Below, one piece after another: positions 1-13,945 of a stretch of 64,000 bases of DNA. Made by a program: the position numbers and the translations under genes. This DNA is from Eledone cirrhosa (taxonomy: Eukaryota). The notes under the pieces were generated by a model. It saw only the letters and a list, made by a program, of their open reading frames with translations, had not been told where the DNA came from and searched no databases. The stretch spans positions 196,974,001-197,038,000 of the forward strand of contig OZ024743.1 in assembly GCA_964016885.1 (NCBI GenBank). Direction: 5' to 3'. Within the stretch, counting starts at the first letter, position 1, and each line of letters starts with the position of its first letter.

Positions 1-188
1 ATATGTATATATATATATGTATATGTATTAAAATAAAAGTTTAAGCAAAGAATCGCTAGTTTCAGAAGATCCCGTTAAGGGTGAAAGCAGCGATTCTTTG
101 CTATATGGGTATATATATATATATATATATATATAGTATGTAACGTTTTTCGAAATATTTACTTCTGCGTTCACAGATAGATTTTTTT

Positions 189-239
189 AGTTTCAGAAGA
201 TCCCGTTAAGGGTGAAAGCAGCGATTCTTTGCTTAAACT
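189..239 (+). ncRNA. hammerhead-like fold with variant core CAGAAGA (second, 3'-truncated copy at about 58-103)
   Basis: agttt-CAGAAGA-tccc gttaa gggt-GAAA-gca..tgc-TT-aaact. All three stems pair. Confidence 0.55.
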
Positions 240-396
240 TTAATCTGTTATTTTAATATATATATATATATATATATAATTATATATTCGTGTACAGATA
301 TTTTTGCATACACAACAAAATATAAACAAATGTATTTATTTCACGAGGCTCGACAAGGATAAATATGTATTAAATATATAAGAACCCTAGAGCAAA

Positions 397-425
397 CCCT
401 GAGCAACGCCGGGCCATTCTGCTAG
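397..425 (+). mobile_element. Helitron-type 3' terminus
   Basis: GC-rich hairpin-like ccctgagcaacgccggg, then CTAG about 8 nt later, followed by T. Confidence 0.5.
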
Positions 426-432
426 TATATAT

Positions 433-1095
433 ATCATCATCATCATCGTTTAACGTCCATGTTCCACGCTTGCATGGGTTTGGACGGGAGTTTTCCCACT
501 TGAGGCAAGAGTGGTTGTCATTGCTCGCATAGGACTGTCTGGCGGGTTTTCTACAGCTGGATGCCCTTCCTAACACCAACCACATTTACAGTGTGGGGCT
601 GGGAGGTTTTTACCGTGTTGCCTACACGGCCACATTACAGCGTAGACTGTGTGTTTTTTTGTCGTTTCACCTACACGATCTCATTTGTTTCGGCCTGGAT
701 GTTGTGGCACCAACATAACTTTACATTGAATGGGGTGGGGGAGGTGGGACGGGGGTGTATTTTGTTAGAGATGCCTACTGACTGTAGTAGGTTTTACTTT
801 GTATTTAGGTAAGGCGGGTCTTCTCTATTACTGAGTACCGCCAAAGCTCTCGGTCCAGTGACATTGTCTTGGAGAGGTGTAAGTGTGTGAGGTCGGAATT
901 TATCAGCTCGTCCCAGGTTTTTCTGGGTCTGCCTACTCCGTGGCTACCGTCTATCTTTATTGCCCTGCACTTTGTTATACAGCTGTCGTCTTTCATGCGC
1001 ATCACGTGACCATACCAACGTAGCCTTCTCTCGAGTAAACAACATCTGATCCCTCTTATTTCTAATTTTTTCCTTAGTTCGTTTATGCTTTGCCG

Positions 1096-1098
<3 letters not shown>
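433..1098 (-). mobile_element. 5'-truncated RTE-clade LINE, family 1 (other 3' fragments at 1818-2130, 3449-3921, 11169-11455, 47776-47930, 60996-61288)
   Basis: RRLRWYGHVMRM...GRPRKTW C-terminus, shared 3' UTR, (GAT)n tail. Confidence 0.88.
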
Positions 1099-1137
<39 letters not shown>

Positions 1138-1151
1138 AAGACAATTCATTT

Positions 1152-1225
1152 TCACCTGACGAGATCAGTGATAATCGATCATGGCCGCACGATCGATCTA
1201 TCTCTTATTGAAACATGTGTTGTGA
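1152..1225 (+). ncRNA. type I hammerhead ribozyme with long stem II
   Basis: tcac-CTGACGA-[gat..gata atcgatc..gatcgat..tatc..att]-GAAA-catgtg-TT-gtga. Stem I tcac/gtga, near-palindromic stem III, GUU triplet. Flanked by (TA)n. Confidence 0.75.
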
Positions 1226-1454
1226 TTAAAATGATTGGAAATTTACACCATGCCTTCGGATCTTTATTTTGATTATATATATATATATACATATATATAT
1301 ATAATAAAATATAATATGTATATATATATTATATTATATATATAATTAAATATAATATATATATATATATATTATATTATATATATAATAAAATATAATA
1401 TGTATATATATATTATATTATATATATAATTAAATATAATATATATATATATAT

Positions 1455-1493
<39 letters not shown>

Positions 1494-1573
1494 TATATAT
1501 ATAATATAATATATATATATTATAATTAAATATAATATATATATATATTATATTATATATATAATTAAATATA

Positions 1574-1604
<31 letters not shown>

Positions 1605-1688
1605 TATTATATATATATAATTAAATATAATATATATATATATATATTATATTATATATATAATTAAATATAATATATATATATATAT

Positions 1689-1729
<41 letters not shown>

Positions 1730-2234
1730 TATAATATATATATATATATTATATTATATATATAATTAAATATAATATATATATAATTAAATATAATATA
1801 TATATATATATATAATATATCATCATCATTATCAACGTTTAACGTCCGTGTTCCACGCTTGCATGGGTTTGGACGGGGGTTTTCCCACTTGAGGCAAGAG
1901 TGGTTGTCTTGCTCGCATAGGACTGTCTGGCGGGTTTTCTACAGTTGGATGCCCTTCCTAACACCAACCACATTTACAGTGTGGGGCTGGGAGGTTTTTA
2001 CCGTGTTGCCTACACGGCCACATTACAGCGTGGACTGTGTGTTTTTTGTCGTGACACCTACACGATCTCATTTGTTTCGGCCTGGATGTTGTGGCACCAA
2101 CATAACTTTATATTGAAAGGGGCGGTGTGGATATATAAATAAATAAATCTCTATATAAAGAAATATATATAAATATATATATATATACAATATATATATA
2201 CATTATTTATATATATATACATTATATATATATA

Positions 2235-2915
2235 CAGGGTGCGGACGATATCTGTTCGCAAGATTACTGTCTAGGAAAAAGTAACACAGTAGTTTTATTT
2301 TTTAAGATATATTTATCAAACTTGTGTCAGTTTGTCTTCATGACTTGTTCTTTCGATCTCACTTGATAAACCTGCCATTGGCTTTGATGACGGCCTGAAG
2401 GCGGCCTCGGAACTGGCTACAGGCCTTCGTCACTGTCCCCCGACTTAGGCCCCTAAAGGCACTTGTGATTCTGGCCTTCAGATCGTCTTTCATATTGCAG
2501 CTAGATCTGTTGGTGTCTCGTTCCACTGCGCCCCACACAAAGAAGTCGAGGGGGTTGCAGTCAGGGGAGCTGGGAGGCCAGATGTCAGGTGAAGTCTGGT
2601 CGACGAAGTTCTCTGACAGCCAGGCTTGGATCTTTCGGCTCGTATGGCAGGGCGCTGAGTCTTGCCACACGTATGGCCTACCTGCAGCTACCTGGTCGAT
2701 CCAGGGCTTTACTACCTCGCTCAGAACGTGGATGTAGCCATCGGTGTTCAGCTTGAGGCCCTCAGGGAAGAAGCGAGGTGGCATGATGTCACCTTGACTG
2801 CTGACAACACCTAAGACCAATGTTGTCGCTGGAAACTTTGTCTGCATGACTATTGGCACGTCTTTGGATGAGATAGCGAGCCACCTGTTGTTCTGGGAGT
2901 TGATCATCTGGTCCT
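2235..2915 (-). mobile_element. truncated Tc1/mariner DD37D (maT-type) transposon
   Basis: QDSAPCH...WPPSSPDCNPLD with 37 residues between the Asps. TA|CAGGGTG terminus at 2233-2241. 5' half missing. Confidence 0.88.
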
Positions 2916-3987
2916 ATTTGTCCTCCCGGCGCGGGTTCCAAGAAGAACTCCGTGTCTCTTCCACAAATTTGGAGGTTCAAAATTCATTATTCCTGTAAAC
3001 ATTATGCACATTTCAGTGGCCAGGTTGCATAAAAACCCGGTGACCATAGGTGTGCTAGAAATAGTTAAATACAAGGCACCTCATAGTGGTCCATGGGTGT
3101 GCTAGGAATAGCAGCTAAATAGGGGTACCTCATGGTAGTCAATAAGTGTGCTAGAAATAGCAGCTAAATGGTTTGACCTCGTAGGTGTGTTAGAAATAGC
3201 AGCTAAATATGGGAACCTCATGTTGGTGGATTGGTGTACTTGAAGTAGCAGCAAAGTAGGTGGAACCTTATTGTAGTACGTAGGTGTGCTAGAAATAGCA
3301 GCGACATATGTGGAACCCCATAGGTGTCCATAGGTGTAAATTGCGTAATAGCTGCATACCAACGGAATTATGGTAAACTTTTTGAACATTAAAGGGTTAA
3401 GGCAAGTTTGTTCATCTTTCTTTTTGAGAACACTGGATCTAAAATGGTATCATCATCATCATCATCATCATCATCATCGTTTAACGTCCATATTCCACGC
3501 TTGCATGGGTTTGGACGGGAGTTTTCCCACTTGAGGCAAGAGTGGTTGTCTTGCTCGCATAGGACTGTCTGGCTGGTTTTCTACGGCTGGATGCCCTTCC
3601 TAACACCAACCACATTTACAGTGTGGAACTGGGAGGTTTTTACCGTGTTGCCTACACGGCCACATTACAGCGTGGACTGTGTGTTTTTTTGTCGTGACAC
3701 CTACACGACCTCATTTGTTTCGGGCTGGATGTTGTGACACCATAACTTTACATTGAAAGGGGTGGTGTGGATGGGGTGTGGGTAGTGGGACGGGGGTGTA
3801 TTTTGTTAGAGGTGCCTACTGACTGTAGTAGGTTTCACTTTGTACTTAGGTCAGGCGGGTCTTCTCTATTACTGTGTAGCGCCAAAGCTCTCGGTCCAGT
3901 GACATTGTCTTGGAGAGGTGTTATCTTGTATATATAGAGTGAGGTAGACATGGTGCCATGACTACCTCTCTCTATATATATATACAA

Positions 3988-6900
3988 CCAATCTAGCTGT
4001 CGTCTGTTCTACAGCGTAGATGTAATTCACTTCGCACAGAAGTTTTGTTCCAATTTATTGCAGAAATTTTGTAAGTTCAATTTTAATTTTGATACTATTG
4101 TATAGCTTGACCCCCCGTCTGAACTGTCAGGCGGTGGGTCAGCTCATCTTCGCCCCTCCCAGGGGTGAAAAACCTGTTTTTAAAAATTTTGTGGCATAAA
4201 ATTTCAATCGTCTGACAGAAATGTTAAACGAAGCTAACGAAAATAGTGGTGGGGGGACAGCGGTAAGAGTTGTAAGCTCTCACGCTTTAGTCCCCCCCCC
4301 CCCTTCCTTCCTAACTAACGTCATAGAGAAGGAAAGAAAAAATAAAATAAAAACAGACGAATGTGCGGAGAAAAATGACGAAAACACAAATCTGGACATT
4401 GATTCCAACAACAAAAAAAAATTTGAAAAATTGCATGACTATATTAATACCACAAACAAAGACACAACAAACACAAAAATAACATTTGAAAACAACATCA
4501 TAACAGAAAGCAAAGCAGACGACAAAGTCAACACCAATAATATTTCATTTGCACAAACAACAAAGAAATCTTTGACATATATACCTGAAAATATTTCAGA
4601 TGTGGCACAAAGAATCACAGACACCAAACAATACATAACTCAAGGGGAAAATGGTATTTTATCGGTAAAAATGCCTCAAGAAATCACCAAAGACATTGAA
4701 AGTCGGACGGTCATTTTCCGCACTATCAACAACATTTCTAAAAAACCTCAACAACCAACACAAACAGAAATCAAAGCAGTACTTACAGAAACCACTTTCA
4801 TAAGAAGAGACAGACTGTATGGAAGCCTAGCGATTATTATGAAGAACGAATCGGCGGCAAAAAAATATGCTTTGTCGCCGATTCGTTTGACAAATTTTAC
4901 CTTTTATCCATCTTATATGGGTAAAAAAACTCAGAGCATATGGCTGGATGCGATGATGCCAGATGTGGACTACTGCTGGCTCATAGCTGGCTTCATCGAT
5001 CCAGCGAATGACAACGTGATTTCCATTGGGAAAACCACAGGCAATGCGTTCAGTGGAACAGGTATAGAACTTGTAGTGCAAATGAAGCCTGAATGCATTG
5101 CCCAAATACCCGACAATCCTATTAGAGGGCCACGGGTATATAAACATTAGCGTGGAGGGGAGAAGGCCGTCCTGTCATATCTGTGCAGGCAGAGGGCACC
5201 TGAAGGCAGCTTGTCCCCAACTCAACAAGAAGAAAACCCTGCTACCAACACCAGCTCCATCACCACCACAACAGATAAACAAACAACAAAACTCAGTCCC
5301 ACCCAACCCGTCCCTCAGTAAAACTACACCACCACCACAACACAAACAGTCACAACACATTACCCAAAAACAAAACACAGTCCCAACCAACCCCTCACTC
5401 AATAAAACAACACAACCACCGCAGCCACAACACACAACACAGTCTAACATAGTGACATCCATCTCCCCCACAAAGAAAACCAACACGGAAACATTACCAG
5501 CAAACATACCGCTTCCCTCCAACACTGAAGATAACCCAACAAATTCGGAGGAAGAAACGGAGTCCTTCAGACAGATTAAAAGGAAAAAAAGAAAACATGT
5601 GCAAAACACACAAGGCCAAACAACCCCTACCCAAATGTCAACACAATCCAACAAAACACAAAACACCCCTCCAGCAACAAACAAAACCAAACCTGCCCCT
5701 CCCCTCTTCGAAACACTCACACCATCCGAAAAAAAGACATTACACTATACTTACATCAACAGAAACAATAATAAATTAAATGAACTCATAAACAATAACC
5801 CTTCGGTACAAACCGAAGGTGTAAACTTTGTTTCTTCAGAAAACTACCCACATTTAAAATTAATAAAGATCCCAATGAACCTCTACCAAAAACTAAAAAG
5901 GGATTTTAAGGAGGACGTAGGACCACCCTCTGTCAAACCCATAAACCGCGTCCTACTAAAAAGCTTTCCCCTCCCCAACACAACTCCAAACACCCCAACC
6001 CCACCACACACTGACGACCCCACACCACCACAAGACACCCCTTCACCCAACACCCCCGACCCCATGGACCTCGTGCGACCCGAACCCCGGGAAGCAGAAA
6101 GGTAGGTCTCTACACTCTCCTTTGGCTTTGCCGCCCACATGGATGTGTTAAGAGTAGGATGTTTGAATGCACGTGGCCTGGGCTCAACTTGGAAACAAGC
6201 AAAGCTTCTAAATGACCTCAGGTCATGTGGTATAAATGTAATGGTTATCTGTGAGACTCGAATCAGCGTCGTGCGGCAGCTGGCCCCTACCTTCGATGAC
6301 TTTGAGGTGCATGCATCTCTCTGTCAACCTGGAGGTGGGGGTGGGGTTGTCGTACTGCTGGAAAAACAGCTGGGTCTCGCCATACAAGTTGTTCACTCGG
6401 ACCCGGAGCGTCGTTTGTTGGTGCTAGACGTTGACAGTAGTGAAGGTGCAGCCTTGAGACTGGTCGCCGTCTACTCCCCTTTCGGAGCTGAACGACCCGA
6501 CTTCTTCCAGCGTCTGGAGACTTTTCTGGGAACGTCGCGTTCCCTGCTTCTAGCGGAGGATTGGAATGACATCCTAGATGCACGTTGGGACTATGCAGGA
6601 GTATGTCCTAATAGAGAGGGTGTAACAGCCGTTGGCTGGGCCCGCGTGACAGAAGCTAAGAGTGGAAATTGATCCACCATCCGTTCTTTGCAAGACGAGG
6701 ATGGACGGGTAATCCGGGAGCCTAAGCAGATGTGCGAGGCCTTTCAAAGGCACTTTGCCCGATTATTCGGGGGAGGCGAGGGTCCGGGCGGGGACGTGGA
6801 TTTCGGTCCATACCTCGACGGCCTGCCGCTTCTCTCGAGCGAAGAGGCAGAGTCCTGCGAGGGACCAATCTCGGCTGATGAGATCGGGGATGCGTTGAGC

Positions 6901-9118
6901 CAATGCAGCAGACGCAAATCTCCAGGTCTCGATGGTATACCTTACGAACTTTATTTAGCAATGCCGGTCTTCTTCTCCGAACTCCTCGAAGCGGTCTACT
7001 GCAATTGGCAGCAGAACGGGAGAATTCTTTGTTCTGTAGCCAAGGGCGTAGTCTCGCTGGTGAGGAAGGACGAGAACAAGGGGGATAGTATAAATAATTT
7101 TCGGCCCATAACCCTGCTAAACACAGAGTTAAAGAGGTTGGCGCTTGTCGTGGGTGGCCTGGTGGGAGATGCGCAGACATGTGCTATCCCATCCAGGTCC
7201 ATTCACGATAACCTCCACCTCATGCGATACATCATAGAGAGGGTTGGCAACAAACCCGGCTTCGGTGGGGCCCTGATCAACTTGGATCAGTCTAAGGCAT
7301 TCGATAGGGTTGACCATGGTTACCTGGATGCGGTGCTAGCGGCGGCTGGGTTTGGTCCTGTTTTCAGAGGCTAGATCACTGCCTTACATAGCAACCACAT
7401 CTGTTCTAGGATCAAGGTGAACGGCTACCTTTCGAAGCCGTTCGAAATCACACGATCCATTCGACGGGGGTGCCCTCTCTCCTCCCTTCTGTACGTATTG
7501 ACTCTCGAGCCTTTACTGAGGAAGTTGGAGTTGTTGCAGGGTATCCCCTGGAACCAGGATTGAGCAAAGCGGTGTCGGCCTACGCCGATGACGTAACAGT
7601 AATGGTATCGACCGACTCGGAGATCGAGGCGATCGGTACCTTACTGGAGGATTACAAAAGGTTGTCAGGAGCGAAACTGAACTGGGAAAAATCCATCGGG
7701 CTGCAACTCGGAACGTGGAGAGGCAGACCGATGCCTCCCGACGGTGTCGTCGGACACTGGACGGAGGGCCCGGTGAAGTTGCTTGGGGTCTGGTTTGGAC
7801 CGGACCTCCAGGTGGAAAAGAACTGGGACGAGGTTACGAACAAGGTGTTTGCACTACGGGCGGAGGTGGCGAACATTTACATAGCGTCCGTCACTTACTA
7901 CCGCCTGACTGTCGTGCCTTGCCCTAAGGAAACACTCACCACCATGGAACGCATGCTCTTCCAATTTCTTTGGAAGAAGCGCCCTCCTATGGTGAGAAGA
8001 TCCATCTGCTGCCAACAACCTTCGAAAGGAGGGCTGGGGATGCTGTGGTTGATGATGCGTAGGCACGCATTAAGGCTACGGCACCTACAGGTATTCCTCA
8101 CTGGTCAACCGGTGTGGGCTCCGTTCGTGAAATGAGCCTTTCCAAGACTCGTCTCGCTCACCGAGCTGCAGTCCTGGGTCAAGCAAAGATCCGGAAAACT
8201 GGGAGACTGGCACACTGAGTGTGCCCAGGCGCTCAGGGCTCTCTGGCAAGCGGGCCAGGCCATTGGTGGAGAATCCACCTCATCATTCTATAGAGGGCTG
8301 GTGGCTAGCAGGGGCGATGACACCCTTGGAGAGTCGCTGGACATGGAAGAGGACGAACTGGCCAGCCTGTTCGGTAGGACTTTCGGCCCGGGACCAATGG
8401 ACAACTTCCAGAAGTCACTAGCCTGGCAGTGCTACCGGGGGGCTCTACCCGTTCAAGAGAGGTAGGGATCCCTCGAAAAAGATTTGCCCTAGATGCGTGC
8501 GTCACGAAGAAACCGTTGCGCACGCATTGGTGCAATGTCCGGGCGTGGCTGATCTGTGGGGCTACGCCGAACGACTGCTGTCGCGGGTGGCGCCGATTCG
8601 ATTGATTTCCGAGTCCGTGATGACAATCAAGCCGCCTCCCCTCTTCACAAAGGAAGCAAAGGCGGTTTTTCTGTGCGTAATAGCCATGTTGAAAGAGGTT
8701 GTTTGGTGGACACGATTGAAAGGTCTGAGGTCAGGCAACTTCCTCTCTGGCTATAGTCTGGTCTACTTCTTCTGATATCACTTCGGAAGAAGGATAAGAA
8801 TGGAGAGAGAGGTGCTTGGCCACAGGCAGTTTTATGAAAGGTGGGTGATAGTGGCGAGAATGGCTCGTGTAAATGGGCCTTCTCTGTATACCATCCTGTG
8901 AGTAAAGAAGTGAAGGAGAGGAGAGCACCTTCTCCATGTGCTCCCCGGGCAAAGGATTGCACACTTTTTCGGGGGTGTGTGCAACCCCCATCACGTCTCC
9001 TCCCTTTTGAGGTTGTTTTCGATTATTTTCATTTTATACCCTTTTTACTCGGTTTTATGTAAACTCCCCCTTTGTATTTCTCCCTTCTTTTTATGCCTTT
9101 ATGGTAAATAAAGAAATA
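3988..9118 (+). mobile_element. L1/Tx1-type non-LTR retrotransposon, near full length but inactivated
   Basis: ORF1 (4221-6105, frameshifted) with CHICAGRGHLKAAC zinc knuckle. ORF2 from 6139: APE endonuclease (CLNARGL, CETR), RT (FRPITLLN, KAFDRVDH, YADD), C-terminal CPRC..H..C. AATAAA at 9107. TSD tatatatatatacaa at 3973-3987 and 9119-9133. Confidence 0.92.
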
Positions 9119-9164
9119 TATATATATATACAAGATTCCCCTGTTTAGCCACATCAGCTAAACA

Positions 9165-10275
9165 GGGGAAACGTCATGGTGGGCCATAGTTTTGCTAGAG
9201 ATAGCAGCTAAAAGGAGGAAACCTCGTGGTGGTCTGTAGGTGTGCTAGAAATAGCAGCTAAATAGGATGAACCTCATGGTGGTCCATAGATGTATTAGAA
9301 ATAGCAGCTAAATATTAGGAACCTAATGGTAGCCCATTGATGTATTAGAAATAGCAGCTAAATAGGGGAACTTCATGGTGGTCCATAGGTGTGTTAGAAA
9401 TAGCAGCTAAAAGGGGAAACCTCATGGTGGTCCATAGGTGTGCTAGAAATAGCAGATAAACAGGCGAACCTCGTGGAGGTCCATGGGTGTGTAGAAATAG
9501 CAGCTAAATAGAGTGAGCCTCATGGTAGTCAACAGGTGTCCAAGAACTATCAGCTAAATAGGAGGAACCTCATGGTGGTCCATAGGTGTGCTAGAAGTAG
9601 CAGCTCAATAGGAGGAACCTCATAGTAGTCCATAGGTGTGCTAGAAATAGTTAAATACAAGGAACTTCATAGTGGTCCATAGGTGTGCTAGGAATAGCAG
9701 CTAAATGGTTTGACCTTGTGGTGTTCTATAGATGTGCTAGAAATAGCAGCTAAACAAGGGGTACCGCATGGTAGTCAATAAGTGTGCTAGAAATACAGCT
9801 AAATAGGGGAACCCCATAGTGTATGAGGAACAGCAGTTACATCAGCTAAACAGAGTAAACCTCATGGTTGTCAATAGGTGTGCTAGAAATATCAGCTAAA
9901 TAGGGGAACCTCATTTGTAGCCGTAAGTCTGCTAGAAATAGCAACTAAATAAGGGGAACCTCACGTTGGTCCATTGGTGTGCTTGAAAAAGCAGCGAAAT
10001 ATATGGAACCCCATGGTGGTTCATAGGTATGCTAGAAACAGTAGCTAAATAGAGTGAACATCATGGTGGTCCGTAGGTATGCTTGAAATAGCAGCGAAAT
10101 AGGTGAAGCCACATGATTGTCCGTAGGCGTGCTAGAAATATTACCTAAATATTGGGAACCTCATGGTGGTCCATAGGTGTGCTAGAAATAGCAGCTAAAT
10201 ATTGGGGACCTCATGGTGGTACATAAGTGTGCTAGAATTAGTAGCTAAATAGTGGGAACCGCATAGTAGTGCATA
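9165..10275. repeat. satellite, monomer about 42 bp (also at 3041-3360)
   Basis: Monomer ggaacctcatggtggtccataggtgtgctagaaatagcagctaaatag repeated more than 20 times. Confidence 0.92.
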
Positions 10276-10770
10276 AGTGGTCATGTAGGTGTCATGACAA
10301 AATAGCACCCAGTCCACAATTTAAGTGGTCATGTAAGAGACATGGTAAAAAAGCACCGAGTCCACACTGTAATTGTGGTTGGCATTAGAAAGTGCATCCA
10401 GCTGTAGAAAACCATCCAGAAACAGTTCTATGCAAGCGAGACAGTCACCTGACCAATCTTGCCTCAAGTGTGACAGACCCATCTAACCCATGCTAGTGTG
10501 GAACGATGATGATGTATACATTATATATATATGCATTATATATATATAAATATATATATCTCCAGAGAAGACACAGTATATTATACATATTACAGAGAAC
10601 AACATGTACTCGTGATTGATAACCGTTCACATAGATCAATTTTAAATCAGTCTACAGTTAATGAAATGGCACCATGGGGTCACTTTTGATTCCATCTTGA
10701 GTACATGTTCTTCTTTGTAATATGTATTTAGTATATGTACAATATACTGTATCTTCTCTGCATATATGGT

Positions 10771-10822
<52 letters not shown>

Positions 10823-12696
10823 CTGCTTTTGACTTAATATTGCTCTGGATAATGTCTATTGAGCTAATTTATTGAGAAGCACATAATTCTAACATATTTG
10901 ATATATTACATTGGCATATATATATATATGTATACATATTTTAGGCTGTTTACCAAAAAAGGAATTCTCTGTATACTGTTTAATATTTTATCATGGTGTT
11001 ATACTTGACTATTTACTTGATAGTTTGTTGTTGTTAGATAACTGCGACATGGTGTGAGTTGAATATTTCTTAGCTTTAGGTCAATCTCCTGAAGTTGTCA
11101 ACTTATTTTTTTTAACAATTCTACCAATTTCTTTCTGATATTTAAACAAATAGAAACATTAATAATGGTCATCATCATCATCATCATCATCAGGTTTAGC
11201 GTCCGTGTTCCACGCTTGCATGGGTTTGGACGGGGGTTTTCCCACTTGAGGCAAGAGTGGTTGTCTTGCTCGCATAGGACTGTCTGGCGGGTTTTCTACA
11301 GTTGGATGCCCTTCCTAACACCAACCACATTTACAGTGTGGGGCTGGGAGGTTTTTACCGTGTTGCCTACACGGCCACATTACAGCGTGGACTGTCTGGC
11401 GGGTTTTCTACAGCTGGATGCCCTTCCTAACACCAACCACATTTACAGTGTGGGGGTCAATGAACTATATAAGATTTTAAGTAGTTTCTTGATTGGAGAG
11501 AAAAGAGGCCCTTAATTCCTGGAGGAGTCAGAGGTACTGTGTTGAAACACAGTATGACCTAAGCATTTAGAACCTCTCCATGTCAAAACACAGTCAATTT
11601 CTTTCAGAGAAAGAAGAATCAACTACAGTAGTGGATTACTTTACTTATCAACCTTTAAAGGATGAATGACAAAATTTACCTCATCATGATTTGGACACAA
11701 GAATGCATCCAAGAGAATTTCTATAAGAAAGTCATGAAACATACACAGGCAGGCATGAGATATAATCATTACAATCATTAGGTCCCATTTTGTGGAATCT
11801 TGAGCAAGTGTTGCTTTTCATAGCCTCAGGTCAACCCATGCCTTGTGAATGAAACTGGGTTGATAAAAACTGTTTGGAAGCCCGTTTAATGGACTACTGT
11901 ACCTGTAATTGAAAAGGTAAGCCTTGTAACACATTGGTTTATGCTGAATCTTCCTGAGAATTACGTTAAGGATTAACATATCTGTGCAATGCTCAGCCAC
12001 TTAGATTTTAATCTCATGAGTAGGCTGTTCCAATGGAACATCCATTGAGTGTTGTTTTTTAACCCAAGTCAGCTTCAGTCAAGCAGTCAGCTTCAGTCAT
12101 CCTATCTTTTATATATTGATCTTTTACAGATACCGTATGTACCCGGTTTAGAATAGGTACACAGTATCCCTGCATATCGTAAGTAACGAAACGGATTACT
12201 GCCAGGGCATCTGATTGTAAAACATTGCCTGAAAAAGTCTCATCCAATCCATGCCAGCATGGAAAAGTTGATGTAAAAATGATGATGATTATTATATTGT
12301 AATAATGTATATTTTAAAGACAGTAAAATGTGATTTGAGGGGTATTTGGCTACTATTTCTAGCAGAGCGACCTTCTATGTACAGGGTTCTTCTGAAGGTG
12401 TCATAAGGTAGTGTAGCTCAATACTATAAATGTTATAGACTGGATTGGTCTCAGGAGAACAATGATAAACTACGTCATTGTATTCTATCTTCATGTAGAT
12501 AAAGTCCTCAGTGGTGTCCCAAAGACCCTAATGTAGTTATTGGATGTTAAAAATAAGAAGACTATATTTACAAATGGTTATGAATATGTCATCCTTTTAT
12601 ATTCACTCTTATCTACAAATATACAAATATTCATTCCTGTTGAAAAGCTGTTTATTTACTTTATACTTTTAACTATTATATAAACACATTTTTCAG

Positions 12697-12789
12697 GACC
12701 ATATGTTAAACAAATGGAGCTGTCTTGGGGAGGTGCAGTTATCTGGTGAAGACATTCTTTCTCTGGCATGGTTACATAATGGTGTTTTG
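12697..12789 (+). CDS. MED16: Mediator subunit 16, internal exon (first seen in window)
   Basis: tttcag|GAC...TTG|gtaagt. Translates DHMLNKWSCLGEVQLSGEDILSLAWLHNGVL, matching vertebrate MED16 DHLANSW...LSWLHNGV. Phase 0/0. Confidence 0.9.
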
Positions 12790-13945
12790 GTAAGTGAGTT
12801 TATTTTCTACTTCTTCTTCCTCACTCTGCTTCATTCTTTGGAATTTGGGGGCAAACATTTCCCTTTTGTTTTTCATTGTCAGGATTTTATGGTATAATAT
12901 ATATGTGAGCTGCTTAGAGAAGACCTTCTAGAGTAAACTTTATGTGAAGCAATAGATTTAATATTGACATTTATTTTCTATTTTGGTTTTACTTATACAC
13001 AGAAAAAGCAATATATGTCATGTGAAACTTGTTCTACTTAATGCCTTGTCATACTAACTAACTGGAAAAGCTTGTCATGAGGCCTGCATGGTTAACTCCT
13101 GCTGTAGCAGGGAAGATAGTCTTAAAGTACTTCTTGTTGTACTAAGTACAGTGAAGAGAAATTTTTATTTATTTTTGCTAGAAGGTGCTGTGCCTACAGC
13201 GTTCACAGGCACCTCTGAGATCATAGATATTAATACAGTTAACATTCTTTTTGAAAAAGTCAATATTTGTAAGAAAGATATGTGCATGGAAAGAATTCCA
13301 GAGAGCCAATATTCTAGAGATGAAGAAATGAGCACTAGAATGTTAGTGTGGGGCTTTTGAATGGGGTAGTTTGGACATAATATGGGTGAAGAGAGGGAGA
13401 GAGACAAGGCAGTGAGAAATGACTGAGCAGAGATAGAACAAGACCAACCAAATCCAAGGAGCAGAGGTCACTATTGTAGCAGTTCAAATGGCAGAAAGGA
13501 CAACACAATTACAGGCCAGAGATTATCATCATCATCGTCATCATCGTTTAACATCTATCTTCAACACTAGCATGGGTTAGTATATTTTAAAGAGCAATTT
13601 TATGCTAATCAGTCAGTTGAGTGACTTTTGGGAAAATCTCAGAGCATGATAGGCCATATGGCACAGGCAGGCATGGAAAATAGATGTTTAACAATGATGA
13701 GGATGTGTACCCCATCCACATATAGTTCACCTATTGTCCAACCCATGCACGCAAAAAGAGCCAAGCACATTCCACAACATACTGCCAAGTGCATCTCACT
13801 CTCATCAAGGCCTTCCCCATGACATATTGGGTGCTTTGCCACTGTGGGATGGACCCTCACCTCCATAGCAAGCAATTTATAGTTTTTGATGACTTGTCCA
13901 ACCTTTGTTAGTGGAGAAACCATGACGGTAGTACTGATGATTTAA

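Noticed and set aside
9165-10275. CRISPR-like regular repeats
   Set aside because: Contiguous diverged monomers with no unique spacers, no cas genes, eukaryotic context.
1-12696. 5' exons of MED16
   Set aside because: I found no segment matching the expected N-terminal motifs; they probably lie upstream of the window, though a small exon could have been missed.
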